A stretch of DNA of 64,000 nt from an uncultured virus (IMG/VR IMGVR_UViG_3300023174_000069). Lineage: Duplodnaviria; Heunggongvirae; Uroviricota; Caudoviricetes. Each line of letters starts with the position of its first letter. Positions within the stretch are counted from its first letter, which is position 1. Location of the stretch: IMG/VR virus record IMGVR_UViG_3300023174_000069; one strand, written 5' to 3'. The position numbers were made by a program, and so were the translations under genes. Shown piece after piece: positions 46,923 to 54,023 of this stretch. The notes beneath the pieces are model-generated. The model made no database searches and had not been told where the DNA came from. It saw only the letters and a list, made by a program, of their open reading frames with translations.

Positions 46923-47183
46923 ATGCCAACATACGATTACCTCTGCACAGAATGTCAGTTTAAATTTGATAAAATATTAAGAATTGACGACAGAGAAACT
47001 CCGACAAAAGATCCTTGTCCAAATTGTAACAACACTTCTGTTACTTTAACGTTATCTGCACCATCATTAGTCAGTCCTTTTAGAATAGACGGATTAAAAA
47101 AACCTTCAGGAGCATTTAAAGACAGAATGACTCAAATTAAAACGGGATTGGGCAAAACGAAACATAATTTAAGGGATCACTAA
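46923..47183 (+). CDS. FmdB-family zinc-ribbon protein
   Basis: MPTYDYLCTEC...CPNC; GGAG RBS. Confidence 0.8.
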   Translation: MPTYDYLCTECQFKFDKILRIDDRETPTKDPCPNCNNTSVTLTLSAPSLVSPFRIDGLKKPSGAFKDRMTQIKTGLGKTKHNLRDH

Positions 47184-47947
47184 TGGGCAAAAGATCTAGA
47201 CAGTCGTCTCGCCAGCCGGAAGAAGTAACTTTAATAGAAGAAATTAGAGACGAATACAGACGGCAAAAGAAAATATTAAAACACAATTTTTCTTTAGCGA
47301 CCATAACTCCTTTAACAGACAATCAAGAAGGAGCGTTTCATGCTAACGGCTCAGGAAAAAATCTTCTTCTTTATGGTGTAGCAGGAACCGGAAAAACTTT
47401 TCTTGCAACATACTTTGCACTTAATGATCTTTTGTCTGGAATGGCAAAAAGAATAATTATTGTTAGAAGTGCAGTAACGACTAGAGATCAGGGATTTCTT
47501 CCAGGCACTTTGCAAGAAAAAATGGCATTATACGAAGCACCATATCGTGAAATCTTTGCCGAGCTTTGTGGTGGAAGAAGAGATGTGTATGATCTTTTAA
47601 AAAAGAGAGACTATCTTGAGTTTATGTCAACTTCGTTCATACGAGGTGTTACATTCGATGATGCAATAATTATTGTAGATGAGGTGCAGAATTGTACCGA
47701 TCATGAAATCAATTCTATTCTTACTCGTGTAGGAAAAAACACTCGTGTAGTTTTGTGCGGAGATCATCGTCAAGACGACTTGAAAATGACTGGTAAAAAA
47801 AATCAAGTATCAGGAATAGAAAACTTGATAAAAATTGCCAAATTTATGAATAGTTTTTCCTTGGTACAATTTGATGTAAATGATATCGTAAGATCTGGAT
47901 TTGTAAAAGAATACATCATTGCCAGAATAAATCTGGGTCTAGATTAA
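47183..47947 (+). CDS. phoH: PhoH-like ATPase
   Basis: GVAGTGKT, GFLPG, FIRGVTF, VDEVQN, TRVG, GDHRQDDL, DIVRSG. Confidence 0.95.
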   Translation: MGKRSRQSSRQPEEVTLIEEIRDEYRRQKKILKHNFSLATITPLTDNQEGAFHANGSGKNLLLYGVAGTGKTFLATYFALNDLLSGMAKRIIIVRSAVTTRDQGFLPGTLQEKMALYEAPYREIFAELCGGRRDVYDLLKKRDYLEFMSTSFIRGVTFDDAIIIVDEVQNCTDHEINSILTRVGKNTRVVLCGDHRQDDLKMTGKKNQVSGIENLIKIAKFMNSFSLVQFDVNDIVRSGFVKEYIIARINLGLD

Positions 47948-48014
47948 TCAAATTGTTTGATATTTTTTAGTGCGTGTGTTATACATAAGATAACAATTAT
48001 CTAGGAGTCTCAGC

Positions 48015-48470
48015 ATGACAAAAAGCAAAAAAACAGAAGGTGTAAAGCACGATCAACAAAAAATTCGCTGGGATTTGGTACCATATGATGCGGTTAATGA
48101 AATAGCAAAAGTATTGACTTTTGGTGCAGCAAAGTATGAAGCTCGAAACTGGGAAAAAGGTATGAATTGGTCTAGAGTTTTTGGTGCTTTGCAAAGACAT
48201 CTAACTAGATGGTTTCATGGACAAGACAAGGACAAAGAAACTAGACTCACTCATTTAGCGAACGCCGGCTGTTGTTTGTTTTTTCTTCTGGCGTGGGAGC
48301 TACGACAAGTTGGAACAGACGATAGACCTAAGCTAGACCCAAAATTACTAGAACACATGGACAATACAGAATTCATGGAAAATATCTTTGAGATGTTAAA
48401 AGTTGCTCACGTTACCAGCGACTCTGATTCTGATCAAGATAGAAAAGAAGAGGAAGTATTAGCCAACTAA
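48015..48470 (+). CDS. DUF5664 dATP/dGTP diphosphohydrolase-like protein
   Basis: KHDQQKIRWDLVP, VLTFGAAKY..RNWEKG, ALQRHL, D.ET.L.HLA. Confidence 0.85.
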   Translation: MTKSKKTEGVKHDQQKIRWDLVPYDAVNEIAKVLTFGAAKYEARNWEKGMNWSRVFGALQRHLTRWFHGQDKDKETRLTHLANAGCCLFFLLAWELRQVGTDDRPKLDPKLLEHMDNTEFMENIFEMLKVAHVTSDSDSDQDRKEEEVLAN

Positions 48471-48478
48471 ATATTTGT

Positions 48479-48802
48479 ATGAGTTTTGATAAACAAATAT
48501 TTTTAAATTATCTGTATAAGCTATCCGAGTCTTCCATGGACTACAAGTATGCTTATTCATATATGGGGTCACTAGATGTTCCTAAAAAACAGTTTTCTTC
48601 AAACTGCAATAAGTTTTCGTCTGAATTGGCTAAAATATCGTCAACAAAATCTTCATATCAGAAGCAAATATTAAAATCCATATCTATTAATATCAAGAAT
48701 GAAAATTTGTTGTTAGCTCAAGATTTAATAGACAAATTGGATTCAGGAACAAAAAAATTAATACCCATACATATTTTGCATTTTGTTGCTAGAAATTCTT
48801 GA
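48479..48802 (+). CDS. Hypothetical protein
   Basis: ACTAAATA late-type motif 5 nt before ATG. Confidence 0.55.
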   Translation: MSFDKQIFLNYLYKLSESSMDYKYAYSYMGSLDVPKKQFSSNCNKFSSELAKISSTKSSYQKQILKSISINIKNENLLLAQDLIDKLDSGTKKLIPIHILHFVARNS

Positions 48803-48826
48803 TTTTTTCTTATTTTTATATATACT
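48799..48826 (+). promoter_or_regulatory. Sigma70-type promoter of tmRNA
   Basis: TTGATT-16-TATACT. Confidence 0.6.
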
Positions 48827-48835
48827 AGAAAATAC

Positions 48836-49232
48836 GGGCCTGCGTAGTTTCGACTTAATGCTCGGAGCTATTTCCCACAACACGATGATAGTCCTTGGCA
48901 TCGTAATAAATGGACTAACGTTTAAGTGCAAACTTTAACGAATCTGCTTACGCCTTAGCCGCATAAGCCGTGATTTATAGATGTTCTGCTAGTTACTCTA
49001 TAAATTGCGTAAGTCAAACTAGCGGTGCTCACAGATAACCATCCGTTATGTGAGGTTAAAACCTAATCTTGGGTGAGAAAGCTGATTGATCAGCCCCTTG
49101 TGACTGAGAGTTGTTTGAACGGAATGTCAACAGGGTTAAGTGCCTGAAAAGCAAGAAAGTTCAAACTATTGTTGTACACGGAATAGCAAAGACATTATGG
49201 ACATCGAGTGCGACTCTCGATCAGGTCCACCA
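48836..49232 (+). ncRNA. ssrA: tmRNA (transfer-messenger RNA)
   Basis: Acceptor GGGCCTG/CAGGTCC-A-CCA with G3-U70; TTCGAC after the 5' strand; helix GCTATTTCC/GGAATAGC; T arm TCGAG-TGCGACT-CTCGA; tag 48928-48966 ANFNESAYALAA*. Confidence 0.95.
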
Positions 49233-49238
49233 ATTTTT

Positions 49239-49562
49239 ATGACGAACACTAGATTATATATTTTGTCCATATTTTTTGGACTTCTTCAAATTGCAGACGG
49301 TGTGCTAACGTATATAGGCGTTACCCGTCTAGGTATTTCAGCCGAAGGAAACCCACTGGTTGGATATTTCATTCGACTTTTAGGACCATTTCAAGGATTA
49401 TTTTTTGTTAAGACCATAGGAATAATAGTTATATTCATCATAGGTGTTCGATGCATCAGAGCCGAAGATAGAAAATGGCTACACAATTTTTTGGTGTCTA
49501 TGATAGGGTTTTATGTAACTTTTGCAATTATTCCTTGGGTGTATGTTTTAAGTAGAGTCTGA
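49239..49562 (+). CDS. DUF5658-like membrane protein
   Basis: LQIADGVLTY.G.....EGNPL, three TM helices; start moved 3' of the tmRNA. Confidence 0.75.
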   Translation: MTNTRLYILSIFFGLLQIADGVLTYIGVTRLGISAEGNPLVGYFIRLLGPFQGLFFVKTIGIIVIFIIGVRCIRAEDRKWLHNFLVSMIGFYVTFAIIPWVYVLSRV

Positions 49563-49563
49563 T

Positions 49564-49890
49564 ATGATATATGAAATTTATGGAAATACTAAGTTTGAAA
49601 CAGATCTTTTAAATAGCTCTGATATAATGAATTTAGTTATGGACGAAACTTTTGCCAAAAATCTTTATGCATCATTGTGTAATAAAATATGGGTAAAAAA
49701 TGATGAGAAGTTTTCTGCATCTTGGCGTTATGCAGGAGGTTTAGTTGCAAATTTAAGAAATGTCGGCGGTGGACTAAATGAAGATTACTTGGATTTTTAT
49801 CTATCTGGGAATGAGGGAGAAGTTTTCCCAGATGTGCTAGATGTTTTATCCAAATTAGGATGGACAAAAACCGATTATGTTGATTGCTAA
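49564..49890 (+). CDS. Conserved phage hypothetical protein
   Basis: FAKNLYASLCN, SWRYAGGLVA, DYLDFY.SG.EG.V. Confidence 0.7.
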   Translation: MIYEIYGNTKFETDLLNSSDIMNLVMDETFAKNLYASLCNKIWVKNDEKFSASWRYAGGLVANLRNVGGGLNEDYLDFYLSGNEGEVFPDVLDVLSKLGWTKTDYVDC

Positions 49891-50003
49891 ATACTATTGG
49901 GTTACTTGCTAGGGAGTGTTTTTATCGTTTCCTGCTCCGAATCTGATTCTGTAGCGGAACGGTGTCAAGAGTCAGAAGCAAGTAGCCCACTCAAAAGGAT
50001 TTT

Positions 50004-50216
50004 ATGATGAAAATTTTAACATCAATTTTAACTGTTTGTTTTGTTGTTGCACTATTGATTGGTGTTGCTCTGTTAGGAAAGTATCAACACAAAAATTTAA
50101 ATCTTCCTATTTGTTTAAATCAGTGTGGAGATAGTATTTGTTCGCCTATGGTTTGTAGCGGTCAAGGATGTCCTTGTCCTGAGACAAAATTTTCTTGTCC
50201 TGGTGATTGTAATTAG
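50004..50216 (+). CDS. Small membrane-anchored Cys-rich protein
   Basis: TM helix followed by C..CGD.IC...C....CPC.E....CP.DC. Confidence 0.65.
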   Translation: MMKILTSILTVCFVVALLIGVALLGKYQHKNLNLPICLNQCGDSICSPMVCSGQGCPCPETKFSCPGDCN

Positions 50217-50217
50217 T

Positions 50218-51096
50218 ATGAAATCTTTTAATAATTTTTTGCATGAGTCTATATTAGACCCAGAACAATCAAGTTTAAGTTCTGTGGTGTTTGATCTAAA
50301 CGATGAGCCTAAACTTAAAGATTCTGTAAGAGATGAGATTTTGACTAAAATTGCACATTTAGGCAAAACAGTTGATATAATCGACTATACTCTGATAGGT
50401 AGCATTTTAACTAGACGATTTGCAAACGATTCTGATATTGACATCAATGTTTTGGTGTCAGCTTCAGATGAAAAAATGAATCAAATTAGAAAAACTGCGG
50501 TTGAACTTAGTGGAGATTTTCTTTCAAACACAACACATCCCATAAACTTACATGTTTTAAACGACAAAGCCGACTATGACAATGCCAATAATTCGGCTGA
50601 CGGGGTTTTCGACATTAGCAATAATAAGTTTGTTCGCAAGCCTATAGAAAAACCATTTCATATAGAAAAATATATGAAATTATTTAAAGATGCGATTTCA
50701 AAGATTGATATTCTTAAAGACGAACTTAAAGACGATATCGTTGATTACAATGAGTTAAAACATTTTTCTAAAGACGATATGAAATCTTTACAAAAAGAAA
50801 TTGAATCAAAAATTAAAGAAATAGAAAGTGATGCACAAGGTTTGGTGAATCTATACGACAACATAAAAAAACAACGTGCCGATGGGTTTGCAAGATCATT
50901 AAGTGCATCCGAAATTAGACAGTATGGTGTTAAAAATAGGCTTCCAGGAAACGTCTTGTACAAGTTGCTGGAGCGTCATTTGTACCTTAATTTTTTACAC
51001 AAGATACAAGAGATTCTTGGAGATGATGAAAAACTCTCATCCAAAGAGATAGACCAACTAGATAATCTAGTAAAAACACAAAGTTATCAACTATAA
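50218..51096 (+). CDS. Pol-beta-superfamily nucleotidyltransferase with capsid-targeting-like N-terminus
   Basis: Real start ATG 50218: MKSFNNFLHE; IGS....F...SDIDINV, HPINLHV. Confidence 0.75.
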   Translation: MKSFNNFLHESILDPEQSSLSSVVFDLNDEPKLKDSVRDEILTKIAHLGKTVDIIDYTLIGSILTRRFANDSDIDINVLVSASDEKMNQIRKTAVELSGDFLSNTTHPINLHVLNDKADYDNANNSADGVFDISNNKFVRKPIEKPFHIEKYMKLFKDAISKIDILKDELKDDIVDYNELKHFSKDDMKSLQKEIESKIKEIESDAQGLVNLYDNIKKQRADGFARSLSASEIRQYGVKNRLPGNVLYKLLERHLYLNFLHKIQEILGDDEKLSSKEIDQLDNLVKTQSYQL

Positions 51097-51104
51097 AATA
51101 GTAA

Positions 51105-51133
51105 TTGACAAGACTGTTAGTGTTTGTTATCAT
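51105..51133 (+). promoter_or_regulatory. Sigma70-type promoter (leaderless)
   Basis: TTGACA-17-TATCAT with TGn extension; ATG 7 nt downstream. Confidence 0.75.
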
Positions 51134-51140
51134 AGTAAAT

Positions 51141-51581
51141 ATGAGAACGAAACTACTATTATCCATCATCGCATTAGGTGTTTGCACGTCCGCCAGTGCA
51201 GATCCTAGAGACATATATGATAACTATCGCAGTTTCGACAGTGATCGTTATGTTGATTCAAGAGACTCAAGCAACTCTTCTTTGAGTTCTGATCAAGAAC
51301 GCATCATCGCAAATGAGAGGTTTGAGACCGAGATGCTCAGACAAGAGGCTCAGCAAGAAACCTATAGACAGCAAATAGCCTCCAGACAAAACTCTCAAAG
51401 AATTGCGGAAAATTCCAGAGAGATTCAAGAGAATCAACGACGATATGAGAACAACTCAAACATGATCAATAACGTAAACCAAGCAGCCAACGCAGCGACC
51501 AACGTAGCTAGACAAGCAAAGACTATTGGAACGCTGATGAATGGTGGATGGGACGCATATCGTGATGCATTTAATTGGTAA
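51141..51581 (+). CDS. Secreted hypothetical protein
   Basis: Signal peptide MRTKLLLSIIALGVCTSASA; Q/N/R-rich coiled coil. Confidence 0.65.
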   Translation: MRTKLLLSIIALGVCTSASADPRDIYDNYRSFDSDRYVDSRDSSNSSLSSDQERIIANERFETEMLRQEAQQETYRQQIASRQNSQRIAENSREIQENQRRYENNSNMINNVNQAANAATNVARQAKTIGTLMNGGWDAYRDAFNW

Positions 51582-51616
51582 AAATTTTTAGAATAAGAGA
51601 TTGGTTTTTATATATA

Positions 51617-51765
51617 GTAGTCTCATAGTAACAGCCCTATTTCGACTAACATGAAGCTGGTAGCGCATCAAACTGCTTCTATCTTTGGAAGACTTAGGAT
51701 TCTGGCTGTGAGTTTTATAAGTCGCTCTTGTGAGCGCAAGAATGGAAAAATGAGCTATGGCGCTT
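51617..51765 (+). ncRNA. Putative structured RNA of unknown family, upstream of the hammerhead
   Basis: GC-richer intergenic DNA with several helices and a loop (GGCTGT) complementary to upstream ACAGCC. Confidence 0.5.
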
Positions 51766-51838
51766 CTGCACCTGACGAGCCCTGAAGGGCGAAACAGTGC
51801 GTAGACACGGCAACTATCGTGTCTCGCCTGTAGTGCAG
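51766..51838 (+). ncRNA. Hammerhead ribozyme, type I
   Basis: Stem I CTGCAC/GTGCAG; core CTGACGA; stem II GCCC-TGAA-GGGC; GAAA; stem III CAG..GCG.AGACACG/CGTGTCT-CGC-CTG; GTA cleavage triplet (cut after 51832). Confidence 0.9.
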
Positions 51839-51854
51839 TTATATTAAATAATCA

Positions 51855-51883
51855 TAGACTTGTAAAAATCTCTGTGTTATTCT
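51855..51883 (+). promoter_or_regulatory. Sigma70-type promoter of DNA ligase
   Basis: TAGACT-17-TATTCT with TGn extension. Confidence 0.55.
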
Positions 51884-51917
51884 AAAACAACCACTTGCTT
51901 GTGGTTGTTTTTTTTTT
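51884..51917 (+). terminator. Intrinsic terminator
   Basis: AAAACAACCAC-ttgctt-GTGGTTGTTTT plus T run. Confidence 0.75.
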
Positions 51918-51922
51918 ATTTT

Positions 51923-52813
51923 ATGATTACTAGACCACTTTTAGCAGCAACATTAGAAGATTTGAGCACTCTCAAGTTTCCTGTTTTAGCAACACCAAAG
52001 CTAGATGGTATTCGAGTCTTAAAAATAAACGGACAAGCAGTAACAAGAAAATTCAAACTTATACCAAATGTTCACATAAGAGAGCTGTTAGAAAAGCATT
52101 TGCCCGACGGTGTTGATGGTGAAGTTATGACACCTGGCACATTCAACGATATTCAATCAAAAGTCATGTCATTCGATGGTGAGCCTGAGTTTACATTTTA
52201 TGCATTTGATTACGTCAAAGACTCTCTGATAAAACCCTATAAAGATAGAATGCTAGACATGGTGAACACTCTTGAGTCTGTTGTAAAAGATTCAACTTTA
52301 CCATTTTCTATCAATTTATTAACACCAGTATTAGTACGCACCATGCAAGAATTGCTAGAGCTTGAATCGCAGTGCTTAGAGCATGGGTTTGAAGGTGTGA
52401 TGATTCGTCAGCCAGATGGTAAGTATAAATGCGGCCGCTCTACACCAAAAGAACAAATACTCATGAAACTCAAACGGTTCTATGATTCGGAGGCTCAAAT
52501 AGTTGGCTTTGAAGAGAAGATGCACAACGAAAACAAGCAGGAAAAGGATGAATTTGGTCTATCAAAACGTTCTACTAAAAAGGATGGATTGATACCAGCA
52601 GACACACTAGGTGCACTAATAGTTGAAGATTTAAAAACCGGTGTAAAATTTGGTTTAGGATCGGGCTTTACAGATGAGCTAAAGAAGGAAATTTGGTCAC
52701 ATCGCAAGAAGTACAAGAATAAAATAATCAAATATAAATATCAATCAGTTGGTGTTAAAGACGCCCCGAGATTTCCTGTATTTCTTGGGTTTAGAAGTAA
52801 ATTGGATCTGTGA
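51923..52813 (+). CDS. Minimal ATP-dependent DNA ligase
   Basis: TPKLDGIR, DGE, FYAFD, FEGVMIR, LMKLK, GSGF, PRFPVF. Confidence 0.94.
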   Translation: MITRPLLAATLEDLSTLKFPVLATPKLDGIRVLKINGQAVTRKFKLIPNVHIRELLEKHLPDGVDGEVMTPGTFNDIQSKVMSFDGEPEFTFYAFDYVKDSLIKPYKDRMLDMVNTLESVVKDSTLPFSINLLTPVLVRTMQELLELESQCLEHGFEGVMIRQPDGKYKCGRSTPKEQILMKLKRFYDSEAQIVGFEEKMHNENKQEKDEFGLSKRSTKKDGLIPADTLGALIVEDLKTGVKFGLGSGFTDELKKEIWSHRKKYKNKIIKYKYQSVGVKDAPRFPVFLGFRSKLDL

Positions 52814-52867
52814 TTAAAAAATATATTTGAGTTCTATTTAGGAAACATAGTCTTTTGGAGGAAAGTA

Positions 52868-53101
52868 ATGAAAATTGCCTTTGCTAGTCTCGTTAGAACC
52901 AATTTGGGCTTTCCTTCAGAGTGGGAAGGAAAATCCGATGACGATCAAAAGATAAAAATTTCTTATCGACATGGTAGAACAAAAGTTTTTTGTAATGATA
53001 AATTGATAGCAACATTATCTATAGATCAATTCGATGTTGGTGGATATATGGATGATGAAGTATTAGAAAAACTGTTAAAAGATAATGGGATGATAGCATG
53101 A
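52868..53101 (+). CDS. Hypothetical protein
   Basis: GGAGG RBS; PSEWEG...YRHG. Confidence 0.6.
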   Translation: MKIAFASLVRTNLGFPSEWEGKSDDDQKIKISYRHGRTKVFCNDKLIATLSIDQFDVGGYMDDEVLEKLLKDNGMIA

Positions 53102-53325
53102 AAATTCATACACAAACTACATTTTCGCAAGAAATAGAAAAGCTCGTAAGAGAAAATAAGATTTCATATTTTGAAGCGGTGTGTAATTATATGACAACTT
53201 ATAACATTGAACCAGAATCTGTTCCTCGATTGTTGAATATAAACATTAAGCAAAAAATAGAAGCAGAAGCAACAGATTTAAATCTTATAAACAGAGGAAA
53301 GAAGTCAGCCAAATTTTTGTTGTAA
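53098..53325 (+). CDS. 33: Late transcription coactivator gp33
   Basis: FSQEIEKLV...SYFEAV...IEPE.V..L...IKQKIEAEA..LN; precedes gp59. Confidence 0.88.
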   Translation: MKIHTQTTFSQEIEKLVRENKISYFEAVCNYMTTYNIEPESVPRLLNINIKQKIEAEATDLNLINRGKKSAKFLL

Positions 53326-53328
53326 GCT

Positions 53329-53952
53329 ATGAATGCATATGAAGCGTATAAAAAATACGTTGCATTAAAATTACATTTTCAACGAGAAAATTACGACTAT
53401 TTTAAATTTTCTGGTGGTGTAAAAGTCTCTCGTGATAAGTTTGAAACTCGCAGAGACAAATATTTCTTTCAAAGAATTTCCAAATTGTATACTGAAAAAC
53501 AATTTGAGCAACTGCTAGTCTCAAATTTTATAGTAAATAAAAATGTTTGGGTGGGTGAACTTCTATCAGAAGATGGTAGAAAGTTGTACATGAACTGGAA
53601 AAAAACCTATCAGAGCTTGGAGTATTCTTTTACTGAAGACCTAAATAAAATAAAAGAAATTATCGAAACTTCATATGATTTGGATAATTTAGATGATTTG
53701 TTTGTCACGAATGATAGTAATAATTGGCCAGAGATAGTCAATTTGGTTGTACAGAACACAATTACACTAGAAACTTTTATCATAATGAATAAGATACTGA
53801 ATTTTATACCAAGAATAGACAAACAAATTGATGATGGACTTGTTTGGCCAGAATTTAGAACTCTTTGTATAAAATATAGTCCATTTTTGGACATAGATGC
53901 AAAAAGATATAAGTCCATAATGAAAAAGATTTTTGTTTCAAAAAATGCTTGA
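53329..53952 (+). CDS. 59: Helicase loader gp59
   Basis: YVALKLHF...YDYFKF.G, RRDKYFF, ITLET, KYSPFL. Confidence 0.9.
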   Translation: MNAYEAYKKYVALKLHFQRENYDYFKFSGGVKVSRDKFETRRDKYFFQRISKLYTEKQFEQLLVSNFIVNKNVWVGELLSEDGRKLYMNWKKTYQSLEYSFTEDLNKIKEIIETSYDLDNLDDLFVTNDSNNWPEIVNLVVQNTITLETFIIMNKILNFIPRIDKQIDDGLVWPEFRTLCIKYSPFLDIDAKRYKSIMKKIFVSKNA

Positions 53953-53977
53953 ACATCTTGTATAAATCTGTTAGATT
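53949..53977 (+). promoter_or_regulatory. Sigma70-type promoter of gp32
   Basis: TTGAAC-17-TAGATT with TGn extension. Confidence 0.55.
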
Positions 53978-54023
53978 GATTATAACACTATTATTAGTGA
54001 ACTATTTTTAATTGGAGAAAAAT

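Noticed and set aside
48479..48802. Possible SmpB next to the tmRNA
   Set aside because: It lacks SmpB motifs (N-terminal NKKA, EAGI.L.G.EVKS, RKLLLH, GKK..DKR tail).
49140..49238. 5' extension of ORF 49140-49562
   Set aside because: It lies within the tmRNA 3' domain; the real start is probably ATG 49239.
49891..50007. In-frame continuation after the TAA of ORF 49564 (…LGYLLGSVFIVSCSES…), suggesting readthrough or a small lipoprotein
   Set aside because: Only a TTG start, no RBS and no basic N-region; cannot be distinguished from chance.
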